From an uncultured Clostridia bacterium (GTDB lineage: Bacteria > Bacillota > Clostridia > TANB77 > CAG-508), in assembly GCA_944387505.1 (NCBI GenBank), contig CALXFG010000004.1, positions 3,176-67,175 on the forward strand: a DNA stretch of 64,000 bases, given 5' to 3'. The notes under the pieces were generated by a model that was not told the origin of the DNA, searched no databases, and saw nothing but the letters and a program-made list of their open reading frames with translations. The position numbers and the translations under genes are program-made. Shown in pieces: positions 39,781 to 49,005 of the stretch. Numbering within the stretch: the stretch's first letter is position 1; the number at the start of each line of letters is the position of its first letter.

Positions 39781-39808
39781 ACCAACATTTACATAAAATC
39801 ATATTATA
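39781..39808 (+). promoter_or_regulatory. Putative sigmaK (mother-cell) promoter
   Basis: ACC-16 nt-CATATTATA fits AC-N16/17-CATAnnnTA; spoVF is sigmaK-controlled in Bacillus subtilis. Confidence 0.55.
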
Positions 39809-39837
39809 TATAAGATTATACGAAAGGAGGAATTTAT

Positions 39838-40416
39838 TTGGAAGTAAAGGGAAAAAAGATAGGATTTGTATTAACAGGTTCATTTTGTACATTTCGAAAA
39901 GTGTTACCAAAAATGAAAGAATTAATAAACAGAGAAGCAGAAATTGTACCCATCATGTCTTTTAATAGCTATCAATTAGACACGAAATTTGGAAAAGCAG
40001 AAGATTTTATTAATGAAATAGAAGAAATGACAGGAAAGAAAATTATTCATACCATTGTAGATGCAGAACCAATTGGACCTAAAAAAATGACAGATGTGAT
40101 GATTATTGCACCTTGTTCTGGAAATACAATGTCAAAACTAGCCTGTGATATTATAGATACACCAGCAACGATGGCAGCAAAATCACATTTAAGAAATAAT
40201 AGACCATTAGTGATTGCACCATCTACGAATAATGGATTAAGTGGTAATGCTGAAAATATAGGAAAATTATTAAATAGAAAAAATTATTATTTTGTACCAT
40301 TTAGACAAGATAATCCCATAACAAAGCCAAGATCAATTGTATTTGATGCAGAATACATCATAAAAACGATACAATATGCCCTAGAGGGAGAACAAATCAG
40401 TCCAATATTAATCTAG
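39838..40416 (+). CDS. spoVFB: Dipicolinate synthase subunit B
   Basis: GF.LTGSFCT, DTKFG, AEPIGP, IAPCSGNT..KLA, MAAKSHLRN.RP, FVPF.QD.P..KP.S; TTG start after AAGGAGG. Confidence 0.95.
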   Translation: MEVKGKKIGFVLTGSFCTFRKVLPKMKELINREAEIVPIMSFNSYQLDTKFGKAEDFINEIEEMTGKKIIHTIVDAEPIGPKKMTDVMIIAPCSGNTMSKLACDIIDTPATMAAKSHLRNNRPLVIAPSTNNGLSGNAENIGKLLNRKNYYFVPFRQDNPITKPRSIVFDAEYIIKTIQYALEGEQISPILI

Positions 40417-40445
40417 AAAAAACAAACATTTTTTTGTAACAGGTA

Positions 40446-40497
40446 TTGACAAAGAATAAATGTTCGTATATAATACAAATATACCGAACATATATTC
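40446..40497 (+). promoter_or_regulatory. Consensus sigmaA promoter overlapped by two LexA (SOS) boxes
   Basis: TTGACA-17 nt-TATAAT; GAAT-AAAT-GTTC (40454-40465) and GAAC-ATAT-ATTC (40486-40497), each one mismatch from GAAC-N4-GTTC. Confidence 0.85.
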
Positions 40498-40513
40498 TTA
40501 AAGGAGGACTGTT

Positions 40514-40819
40514 ATGAAACATATAAAAATTATTAATAAATATAAATTTATAAGAACAATGACAATTCTAATATGTATAGTAATTGCTATCATATGTATT
40601 GCAAGTCATAAAACATATTCTAATAGTGAAACAAAATATAAAACAGAATATATTGTAAAAGGAGAAACATTATGGAAAATTGCAGAAAAGGAAATACAAG
40701 AAAATGCATATTTTGAAAATGAAGATATTCAAAATGTTATATTAGAATTAAAAAAGCTTAATCATATGACAACTAGTAATTTATCTGAGGGAATGGAAAT
40801 AAAAATTCCTGTTTACTAA
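40514..40819 (+). CDS. yneA: YneA-like SOS-induced division inhibitor (TM + LysM)
   Basis: N-terminal TM, LysM (V.KGETLWKIA...LN......L..G..I.IP), SOS boxes upstream. Confidence 0.75.
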   Translation: MKHIKIINKYKFIRTMTILICIVIAIICIASHKTYSNSETKYKTEYIVKGETLWKIAEKEIQENAYFENEDIQNVILELKKLNHMTTSNLSEGMEIKIPVY

Positions 40820-40834
40820 TGAATAAGTTATATA

Positions 40835-40892
40835 AAAACACTTTTATTTGTATAAACTGGTAATAAAAATTATATACGAATAAAGGTGTTTT
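40835..40892 (+). terminator. 20-bp stem-loop after the LysM gene, likely terminator
   Basis: AAAACACTTTTATTTGTATA pairs with TATACGAATAAAGGTGTTTT using G-U pairs. Confidence 0.55.
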
Positions 40893-40948
40893 ATTCTTGT
40901 ATATAAAATTGAGGTATGGTAGAATAGGAAACAAGGAGGATAAGTTAC

Positions 40949-42724
40949 ATGGAAAAAGTTCAAGATAAATACAGCTGGGATTTAACAGATTTATTTAAAG
41001 ACAAAGAAGAATTTTATGAGGAAATAAAAAATGTAAAAGATAAATTAAAACAAATAGAAAGCTATAAAGGCATATTGTGTGATAGTTCAGAAAATCTATA
41101 TCAATGTTATCAGTTATATGAAATAGCACTAATGAAATTTGAACAAATATATGCTTATGGAATGTTGAATTATCATTTAAATATGGCTGATCAAGAAGGA
41201 ATTAAGTTATTTAAAGAGGCAGAAAATCTAAATTCAGAATTTAGTACAGCAACTGCATATATAACACCAGAAGTTACATTTACAGATGAGGATATTATTA
41301 ACAAGTATTTGAGAGAAGATATCAGATTAGAACCATATAAAAGAGAGATTCAAAACATTTTAGAAAAGAAAAAACATATATTAAGTAAAGAAGAAGAAAA
41401 CTTATTGGCGAAATATTCAGAAATTTTTTATGCACCTAAAAATATATATGATATGTTAACAAATGCAGAATTTAAGTTTGGAACATTAATTGATGAAGAT
41501 GGAAAAGAAGTAGAATTAACAGATGCCACATATTCTATATATGTAAGAAGTAAGAATCAAAATGTAAGAAAGCAAGCATATGATTTAACTTTTAAAAAGT
41601 ATGGTGAATTTATCAATACCATCACAGAAATGTATCTAACAAATGTGAAACAAACAGTAATTACTGCAAAACTAAGAAATTACAAATCTTCATTAGATGA
41701 AGTAACAGACAATGATGAAGCAAGCATTAAAGTGTATAATACATTAATGAAGGGTGTTCATAAGGGATTAGAAATAAATCATGAATTTATGGCTTTAAAA
41801 AAGAAGTTATTACAATTAAAAGATATGCATATGTATGATATATATGTAAATCCATTTACAAAAAGTGAAGATAAAACACCATATGAAGAAGCCCAAAAGA
41901 TTGTAAAAGAGGCATTAGCTATTTTAGGAAAAGAATATGGAGATATGCTAGAACATGCTTTTGAAAATCATTGGATAGATGTGTATGAAAAACCAAATAA
42001 ACAAACAGGTGGATATAACATGGGAATTCATGCTCCACATCCATTTATTTTGATGAACTATGTCGGTGACGAATATGATGTTAGAACCATTGCTCATGAA
42101 TTAGGCCATAGTATGCATTCGTATTATTCAAACAAAAATCAAAATATTTTTGATGCAGATTATACGATTATGGTAGGTGAAGTAGCATCAACTGTAAATG
42201 AAATTTTACTAACAGAATATCAACTTGGACATGAAACAGACAAAACGAAAAAAGCAGAAATATTATACGAATTACTAGAATTAATAAAAGGAACATTCTA
42301 TGCGCAAGCTATGCTGGCTGAATTTGAGAAAGAAGTTCACGAAAAAATAGAAAATGGAAATATACTGTCTTCTGAAGATTTAAATACCATTTATTATACA
42401 TTAAGTCAAAAATATATGGGTGAATCTGTTATTTTGGGAGAGAATAGCAAATATGGTTGGGCTAGAATTCCTCATTTTTATAGAGATTTTTATGTATATA
42501 AGTATGCAACAGGAATTTCAGCAGCCATTTGTATTGCAACAAAAATCTTGAATAAAGAAGATGGATATGTAGAAAAATATATTCATATGCTAAGTCAAGG
42601 TTGTACCAAAAAGTCAATAGACCTTCTAAAAATGGTAGATGTTGATTTAGAGGATATACACACTTATGAAGTGATTGTTCAATTTTATAAAAATAAAATT
42701 GAAGAGTTGAAAAGTTTACTATAG
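40949..42724 (+). CDS. pepF: Oligoendopeptidase F (M3B)
   Basis: WDLTDL, WID.Y....K..GGY, AHELGHSMHS, EVAS..NE, W.RIPHFY..FYVYKYA; promoter TTGTAT-17 nt-TAGAAT at 40897-40925. Confidence 0.94.
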   Translation: MEKVQDKYSWDLTDLFKDKEEFYEEIKNVKDKLKQIESYKGILCDSSENLYQCYQLYEIALMKFEQIYAYGMLNYHLNMADQEGIKLFKEAENLNSEFSTATAYITPEVTFTDEDIINKYLREDIRLEPYKREIQNILEKKKHILSKEEENLLAKYSEIFYAPKNIYDMLTNAEFKFGTLIDEDGKEVELTDATYSIYVRSKNQNVRKQAYDLTFKKYGEFINTITEMYLTNVKQTVITAKLRNYKSSLDEVTDNDEASIKVYNTLMKGVHKGLEINHEFMALKKKLLQLKDMHMYDIYVNPFTKSEDKTPYEEAQKIVKEALAILGKEYGDMLEHAFENHWIDVYEKPNKQTGGYNMGIHAPHPFILMNYVGDEYDVRTIAHELGHSMHSYYSNKNQNIFDADYTIMVGEVASTVNEILLTEYQLGHETDKTKKAEILYELLELIKGTFYAQAMLAEFEKEVHEKIENGNILSSEDLNTIYYTLSQKYMGESVILGENSKYGWARIPHFYRDFYVYKYATGISAAICIATKILNKEDGYVEKYIHMLSQGCTKKSIDLLKMVDVDLEDIHTYEVIVQFYKNKIEELKSLL

Positions 42725-42742
42725 AAAGGGTTTTGGCAATAT

Positions 42743-43684
42743 ATGAAAAAAGAGAAAAAGAAAATTGAAGAAATAAAAAACGAAGAAAAAAATATATCAG
42801 TAGAAAATAATCAACATGAAGAAAATAATGAAACACAAAAACGTACTAGCCAAAAGAAAAAAAGAACCATTAATGGAATTAGTATATGGAGAATTTTAGC
42901 ATATTTTATTATTTATAGTGTATTAGGATATATGATAGAAACCATATATGGTATGATAACAAAAGGTGTATGGGAAAGTAGACAAAGCTTTTTATATGGA
43001 CCATTCTGTGGTATTTATGGCCTAGGTGCTGTTGTTATGATTGTTTGCTTGCACAAATTTCCTAGAAAATTTAATACACTTTTTGTCGGAGGATTTATTG
43101 TTGGTTCTATTGTAGAATATGTAGTAAGTTTTATTGGAGAAATGCTATTAGGTGTAAAATGGTGGGATTATTCCAATATGCCACTAAATCTTAATGGAAG
43201 AATCTGTGTATATTTTTCTGTTTTTTGGGGATTTTTAGGAATCTATTTGATTGCTTCGTTAAACCCAAAAGTGGATAAAATTATTAATTGGATAAAAAGT
43301 AAATTCAAAACTTATAAGGGATTAAAGTCATTTGTTATGACAGTATTTATTTTACTTATGATAGATTGTGTTTCTACTGCATTTGCAATTGAATTCTTTT
43401 TGGTCAGAATGATTGTTCAAAATGATATTGATGTTGCCAATAAAGAATTAGTGATAGAACAATATGATAAAATTTATGAAAATGAAAAATTATCAAATTT
43501 CATTTATCAATTTTGGGGAGATAAAAAGATGATTAGAACTTTTCCAAACCTAAAGATAAATGACAAAAATGGAAATATTGTTTATATGGATAGTTTGCTT
43601 GATATACAGCCATATTACTTCAAAGTTCATAATATCAATAATAAAAATAATGAAGAAGTAGAAGCAGATATTAGAGGAGAATAG
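42743..43684 (+). CDS. ABC_trans_CmpB/TMEM229-like membrane protein with charged N-terminal tail
   Basis: YS..GY..ET, RQSFLYGPFCGIYG, WWDYS..PLNLNGRIC...S.FWG. Confidence 0.88.
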   Translation: MKKEKKKIEEIKNEEKNISVENNQHEENNETQKRTSQKKKRTINGISIWRILAYFIIYSVLGYMIETIYGMITKGVWESRQSFLYGPFCGIYGLGAVVMIVCLHKFPRKFNTLFVGGFIVGSIVEYVVSFIGEMLLGVKWWDYSNMPLNLNGRICVYFSVFWGFLGIYLIASLNPKVDKIINWIKSKFKTYKGLKSFVMTVFILLMIDCVSTAFAIEFFLVRMIVQNDIDVANKELVIEQYDKIYENEKLSNFIYQFWGDKKMIRTFPNLKINDKNGNIVYMDSLLDIQPYYFKVHNINNKNNEEVEADIRGE

Positions 43685-43706
43685 ATAATCCGAATGAATT
43701 ATCCAT

Positions 43707-43892
43707 TGAAAAGAGCTAATATATAAATATTTTTTAATTCTCGGTTACCCTACATTACGTTTAACAAATTCTAAAAATAAAACTGTAACAATACCCGGAA
43801 ACAGGACCCTTTACAGTTTTATTTTAAGAATTTATAAAACTATTTCGGTCACATTCGAATTTAAAAAAATATTTATATATTAGCTCTTTTCA
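43707..43892. other. 186-nt rod-like hairpin with central bubble (candidate 6S-like ncRNA or MITE)
   Basis: Outer arms are 29 bp perfect, inner arms match 27/30, internal loop 18/16 nt. Confidence 0.55.
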
Positions 43893-43947
43893 GAATATAT
43901 CAAATAATATTCTTATCTCATGACAATTTGTAAAAAGAAATAAAAAT

Positions 43948-43981
43948 TACCATTGCTAAAATATTTTGGCAATGGTATAAT
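43948..43981 (+). promoter_or_regulatory. sigmaA promoter embedded in a 30-bp palindrome
   Basis: TTGCTA-17 nt-TATAAT with TGn; TACCATTGCTAAAATATTTTGGCAATGGTA has one mismatched pair. Confidence 0.7.
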
Positions 43982-44009
43982 ACTTTATATACTTATGAAA
44001 GGAACGTGA

Positions 44010-47000
44010 ATGAAAATGAAAAATGTAGTTGAAAAAATCATATCTATTTTAATTATTATGATAATGATATTACCAATTAGTTTGCCAATTGTATCAAAAG
44101 CGGTAGATAGTGGAACATCATCAACTTCAAAACAAGATTATCCAGTTAAAGTAGAATTGAAAAGAGATGAAACTAATCCTGATATAATTCATATAATGGC
44201 AACAAGTACAGAGGGGAATATTATAGAGTTGAAATATGTAAAACAATATATAGATACAAATAATGCTTCTTATTTCGAAGAAGACCATGAGGATATCTAT
44301 ACATTTGATATAACACCAGCACCAACAGTTGAAGAAACATTCAAATTAGATGGTTATGGAAGTTACACAGTATTTGCGAAAGATGAAAATAGAAATGCAT
44401 TTTTAGCAAGATTAACCGTAAATGACCCAAATGATATGCCACAAATTTCATTAACAAAAGAAAAAGATTCATTAAATTTAAATATTGAGGTAACAAGTAA
44501 TAAAAATACAATAACAAAATTAAAAATTGCCAAAAAAGATAATATAAAGGATAATATTGATTTTAGCACTGAAGGAACAGATATAAAATTCATAGAAAAT
44601 AATCATGTATCTGTAAGATATACAGAAATTACAGAGGAAGGCTTATATGTCATTTATGCAGAAGATAGTGAAGGAAATAAAGCAACTCGTCAAATGTATG
44701 TAGCAAAACAAAATACGCCAATATCAGTTGAAATCACGAATGGAACAAATACAAGAGAAGTGAATTTACATATAACAGATGCGATTTGTAATATTGTTTC
44801 TGTGAAGGTAGCAAAGCTTTCTGAAATAGGAGGAGATTATGATAAATTTGACACAATTGAAGGACTACCAATTACAGAAGGGCAAACAGTTAATTTAAGT
44901 TATACAGCGCCAGCAGATGATACATATATGTTTTGTATAGAAGACGAAGCAGGGTATAGACTATTTACACAAAGAAGAATTACTGCACAAAAAAATGTCA
45001 TGAATATATCAATTGAACAAGACGAAAATGCTCCAGGTAATTTAACAATAACTGCCACAAATACAATATGCAATATTGTTGAAATGAAAGTAGCGATAGG
45101 TGATGACATTGCTGATGACTATTTTGAAAATAATGGAGAGTCTATTTCAATTACACCAGGAAAAGAAGTTGTTGGAAAATATACAGTTCAAGAAAATTGT
45201 ACAATTCATGTATATGTTAAAGATGAACAAGGATATTCACACATCTATACAAAAACACTTATAGGAATCAATACTCCAGAACCAGAACCAAGTGAGGCAC
45301 CAACGATTACCCTTGCACAAAATACAGAAAATCCAAAACAAATTGATGTAGAGGTTAAAGCACATAATTCTAATGTTGATGAAGTGAAATGGGCAAAAGG
45401 GGAACAAGACACAGCATATTTTGCAACAAATGGAACACGTATTGGACAAGGCAAAGTAGGTGTATCTATTCGCACAGAGTTTACAATTGATTCTATTGGA
45501 ACATATACCGTATATGCAAAAGATGACAATGGTAATGAAACGGTTAAAACAATAGAAATTACGAATATAGATGATACTCCACCAACAGAAGAAGATAAAA
45601 CTCCACCAGAAGTGAATAATGTTCAAGATAATGGTATCTATAATCAATCTGTTACACCAATCATTACAGATGAACACTTAGCAGAAATATATTTAACAAA
45701 AGATGGTATAGACATAGAAGATTACCAAAATGGTGATGTGATTGAAGATGAAGGTGCATATGTTTTAAATGCAGTGGATGAAGCCGGAAATAAAGTAGTC
45801 GTAAAATTTGTGATCGATAAAACAGCACCTGTAATTACAATCAATCAAGAAAATACAGATAATAAAAATGTGAAAGTATCTATCAATCTTTTAGATAACC
45901 TTACAAACATTAACTTGGTAAAGGTAGCAAAAGGAGAACAAACAATAGACTATTTTGAAAATGAAGGACAAGAATTAAATCTTCAAAAAGAAGGAAATTC
46001 TGCATTAGCAGCTATTAATGTTATAGAGAATGGAACCTACACAGTATATGTTGAAGATGAAGCAGGAAATGCTAAAATAGAAGTATTTGAAGTAACAACC
46101 ATTACAGAAGAACCAGAAATTGATGATATTACACCTCCAGAAATACAAACAACGGAGGAAAGTATTAATGAAAATGAATCTATAAAATTAACGATTCATG
46201 TAACAGATACAGAGTCTCAAATTAAGACAATCAAAATAGCGAACGGAGAACAAAATACAGAGTATTTTGAAAATGAAGGAAAAACACTTCAAATGATAAT
46301 TGATGATAAATCAGCAGAGGCAGCAGTTATGTTCACAGAAAATGGAACATATACCATTTATGCAGAAGATGAACAAGGAAATAGTACAGTAAAAGTGATT
46401 ACGATTACAGGAATTGTAACACCAGAACCAACACCAGATCCAGAACCAGAACCAGATGATACTACACCACCTACAATTTCAGGTGTAGAAGATGGTATGA
46501 CATATGGAACTGAAATAACACCTAGGGTAGAAGATGAAAATTTAGCGAGTGTGACATTAACAAGAGATGGTAATATTGTTGAAAATTATCAAAATGGAGA
46601 TACTATTTCTGAAAATGGTACATATGTCTTAACAGCAACTGATGAAGCAGGAAATCAAACAGTTGTAGGATTTGTAATCAATATTCAGCCAGAAGAAAAT
46701 GAAGATACAACACCACCAACCATTACAGGCGTAAGAGATGGAGTGACATATGGAACAGAAGTAACACCTAGAATAGAAGATGAAAATTTAGCGAGTGTGA
46801 CATTAACAAGAGATGGTAATATTGTTGAAAATTATCAAAATGGAGATACCATTTCCAAAAATGGTACTTATGTATTAACAGCAACTGATGAAGCAGGAAA
46901 TCGAACAGTTGTAGAATTTGTGATAGATATTAAAGAAGACAACGATGATGACAATAACAATGATGATAATGATAATACCAATACGAATACAAATACGAAT

Positions 47001-47312
47001 ACAAATACGAGCACTAACACAAATAACAATACAAGTACAGATAATACGACAAATACAGACAATAATGATGATGAAGACAATAATACCACAGATAATACAA
47101 ACAATAATGGAAGTGCAAATAACAACAATATAAGTGATAATTCTAATAATCATCAACAAAATACAATTAACAATTCAGAAAAAAATAACATTTCTACGAG
47201 TAATTCAAAATTGCCTTATACAGGACTTAGAAATATATTAATGATTGGCATAATTATTGCAGGTGGTGTTTCTATATTTACATATATAAAATATAGAAAA
47301 TATAAGATATAA
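44010..47312 (+). CDS. Large sortase-anchored surface protein of Ig-like repeats
   Basis: Signal peptide, repeated ENGTY.V...DEAGN units, N/T/D-rich stalk, LPYTG (47211-47225) + TM + basic tail. Confidence 0.88.
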   Translation: MKMKNVVEKIISILIIMIMILPISLPIVSKAVDSGTSSTSKQDYPVKVELKRDETNPDIIHIMATSTEGNIIELKYVKQYIDTNNASYFEEDHEDIYTFDITPAPTVEETFKLDGYGSYTVFAKDENRNAFLARLTVNDPNDMPQISLTKEKDSLNLNIEVTSNKNTITKLKIAKKDNIKDNIDFSTEGTDIKFIENNHVSVRYTEITEEGLYVIYAEDSEGNKATRQMYVAKQNTPISVEITNGTNTREVNLHITDAICNIVSVKVAKLSEIGGDYDKFDTIEGLPITEGQTVNLSYTAPADDTYMFCIEDEAGYRLFTQRRITAQKNVMNISIEQDENAPGNLTITATNTICNIVEMKVAIGDDIADDYFENNGESISITPGKEVVGKYTVQENCTIHVYVKDEQGYSHIYTKTLIGINTPEPEPSEAPTITLAQNTENPKQIDVEVKAHNSNVDEVKWAKGEQDTAYFATNGTRIGQGKVGVSIRTEFTIDSIGTYTVYAKDDNGNETVKTIEITNIDDTPPTEEDKTPPEVNNVQDNGIYNQSVTPIITDEHLAEIYLTKDGIDIEDYQNGDVIEDEGAYVLNAVDEAGNKVVVKFVIDKTAPVITINQENTDNKNVKVSINLLDNLTNINLVKVAKGEQTIDYFENEGQELNLQKEGNSALAAINVIENGTYTVYVEDEAGNAKIEVFEVTTITEEPEIDDITPPEIQTTEESINENESIKLTIHVTDTESQIKTIKIANGEQNTEYFENEGKTLQMIIDDKSAEAAVMFTENGTYTIYAEDEQGNSTVKVITITGIVTPEPTPDPEPEPDDTTPPTISGVEDGMTYGTEITPRVEDENLASVTLTRDGNIVENYQNGDTISENGTYVLTATDEAGNQTVVGFVINIQPEENEDTTPPTITGVRDGVTYGTEVTPRIEDENLASVTLTRDGNIVENYQNGDTISKNGTYVLTATDEAGNRTVVEFVIDIKEDNDDDNNNDDNDNTNTNTNTNTNTSTNTNNNTSTDNTTNTDNNDDEDNNTTDNTNNNGSANNNNISDNSNNHQQNTINNSEKNNISTSNSKLPYTGLRNILMIGIIIAGGVSIFTYIKYRKYKI
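46528..46849 (+). repeat. Intragenic tandem duplication, 246-bp period
   Basis: 76 identical bases at 46528-46603 and 46774-46849. Confidence 0.9.
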
Positions 47313-47322
47313 AATAAAGAGA

Positions 47323-47370
47323 AAAAGTTCGAATGAAAACAATATATGTTTTTCTATTCGAATTTTTTTT
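47323..47370 (+). terminator. Intrinsic terminator
   Basis: TTCGAAT..AAAACA/TGTTTT..ATTCGAA stem followed by T8. Confidence 0.7.
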
Positions 47371-47444
47371 ATTGTATAGGAAAAATCTACTTTTATCTTG
47401 ACTCTATGTGGATTTTTCCGTATACAACAAGGTTAGGCTTCCTA
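47369..47444 (+). repeat. 76-nt dispersed hairpin repeat (second copy)
   Basis: TTGTATAGGAAAAATC...GATTTTTCCGTATACAA; homologous to the reverse complement of 38359-38434. Confidence 0.88.
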
Positions 47445-47571
47445 AATCATTATTTCTTTTCTATTTTCTAGATAGTTATCCTTATAAAAATTATAAAATC
47501 ATCTTGAACAATTTTAGGAAAATGATATATAATTAGTAAGAAAAAAACAGGAAGAATTTAAGGAGAAACCT

Positions 47572-48933
47572 ATGAAAAGAAAAAAGAAAAGAAGATATAA
47601 GAAAAATGAATTGATTTCAAAAAGAATGATTATGTTTATAGTTATCATAGCTATTATAGCGCTTATCTATTTTACTAGTGCAAATAAAAACAAGGAAAAT
47701 GCCTCTGTTAATGCTTTTTCTTCTATTAATGAAATTGTTGATGAAATCGAAACTGGTACATATGCAAACATAAATCGCTATATTGTATATGGAACCCATT
47801 TCAATATAGAAGGAGATATGGACATTTCTGAAAACAATTCAATAGAGTCTGCAAAAGTAGTAGCAAAAACAGCATCAGGGGAAGAAATTGGTATAGATAC
47901 AGAATATACATATGAAAATAATCAGATTTCTTTTTCTACTCTAAAAGAAATTAATACAGGATTAGATTTAGAAAGTTTAAAAGTTGAGGATTATTATATT
48001 TTGTTAAAAGTTGAATTTTCAAACAATGAAACAAAATACTATTCTTTAACGAATGATACAGAATATGGAAATATAGAATATTATACCTTAACAAGAAACC
48101 ATTCCAACAATAGGATAAATATTGATTTTACTACAATTGATAATATGCCTATTTTAGGATTTCATATAACAACTGTAAAGGAATTGCCAGATAATGTATA
48201 TGATGTAGTAATTGATCCAGGACATGGAGGAAGTGATGTAGGAGCTGTCAATGGTAGATATATGGAATCAGAAATAGCTTTAGATTGTGCTCTTGAATTA
48301 AAAAAACAGTTAGAAGATATTGGATTAAAGGTGTTACTAACAAGAGATGGTACAGAATCGGAAGAAGAATATACTATGTACAATATTTATGATAAAGATG
48401 GAAGAGTAACCATGGCAAATGAATCTCATGCAAAAATTCTTATATCTTTACATTTAAATAGTAATCTTTCAGATAATGTAGATGGTGGTGTTGAAATTTA
48501 TGCCTCTTCTAATAGTGATTTAACATTCGCAAAAAAATTGGCAGATGATATTGTTGAAACAGCAAAAACAGAATATTCTACTAATCAAACAGACAAAGTA
48601 GAAGACGGAGTTTATGTTAGAACTATAGAAGTTGAAGACCAAAAAAATGAAGCTTCTTTTTCAAGAGAAAATTATAAAGGAATATTTGATTCTATTCCAT
48701 ACTTATATATCATAAGAGAAATTGGAGGAATTGCAACAGGAGCCTATGTGGATGGAACCAATAAAGCCTATGGTGCCAATGAATATCGAAATTCAAATGT
48801 AGGTATAGAAGGCTATTTAGTAGAACTTGGTTATATCAATGTAGATGAAGATTTAGACAATATTTTAGAAAATGCTGATCTTTATGCACAAGCAATTACC
48901 AATAGCATAACTAATTTTTATGGAATAAAGTAA
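47572..48933 (+). CDS. Membrane-anchored N-acetylmuramoyl-L-alanine amidase (Amidase_3)
   Basis: Basic N-terminus + TM; VIDPGHGG, ES, SLHLNS, LVELGY. Confidence 0.9.
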   Translation: MKRKKKRRYKKNELISKRMIMFIVIIAIIALIYFTSANKNKENASVNAFSSINEIVDEIETGTYANINRYIVYGTHFNIEGDMDISENNSIESAKVVAKTASGEEIGIDTEYTYENNQISFSTLKEINTGLDLESLKVEDYYILLKVEFSNNETKYYSLTNDTEYGNIEYYTLTRNHSNNRINIDFTTIDNMPILGFHITTVKELPDNVYDVVIDPGHGGSDVGAVNGRYMESEIALDCALELKKQLEDIGLKVLLTRDGTESEEEYTMYNIYDKDGRVTMANESHAKILISLHLNSNLSDNVDGGVEIYASSNSDLTFAKKLADDIVETAKTEYSTNQTDKVEDGVYVRTIEVEDQKNEASFSRENYKGIFDSIPYLYIIREIGGIATGAYVDGTNKAYGANEYRNSNVGIEGYLVELGYINVDEDLDNILENADLYAQAITNSITNFYGIK

Positions 48934-49005
48934 AGAAGAAAAATCTACGTAATTTTAGAGAGGATATAAGATGTATCCTCTTTAAATAGTAATTAGGAGG
49001 CTAAT

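Noticed and set aside
43921-43933. TGACA-ATT-TGTAA (and TTACA-AAA-TGTAA at 38273) as further BceR boxes
   Set aside because: Spacer is 3 nt rather than 4, and distance to a -10 differs from the 58 nt seen at the two good sites.
46940-47200. Short tandem repeats as a CRISPR or VNTR array
   Set aside because: In-frame Asn/Thr/Asp low-complexity linker; no repeat-spacer periodicity and no cas genes.
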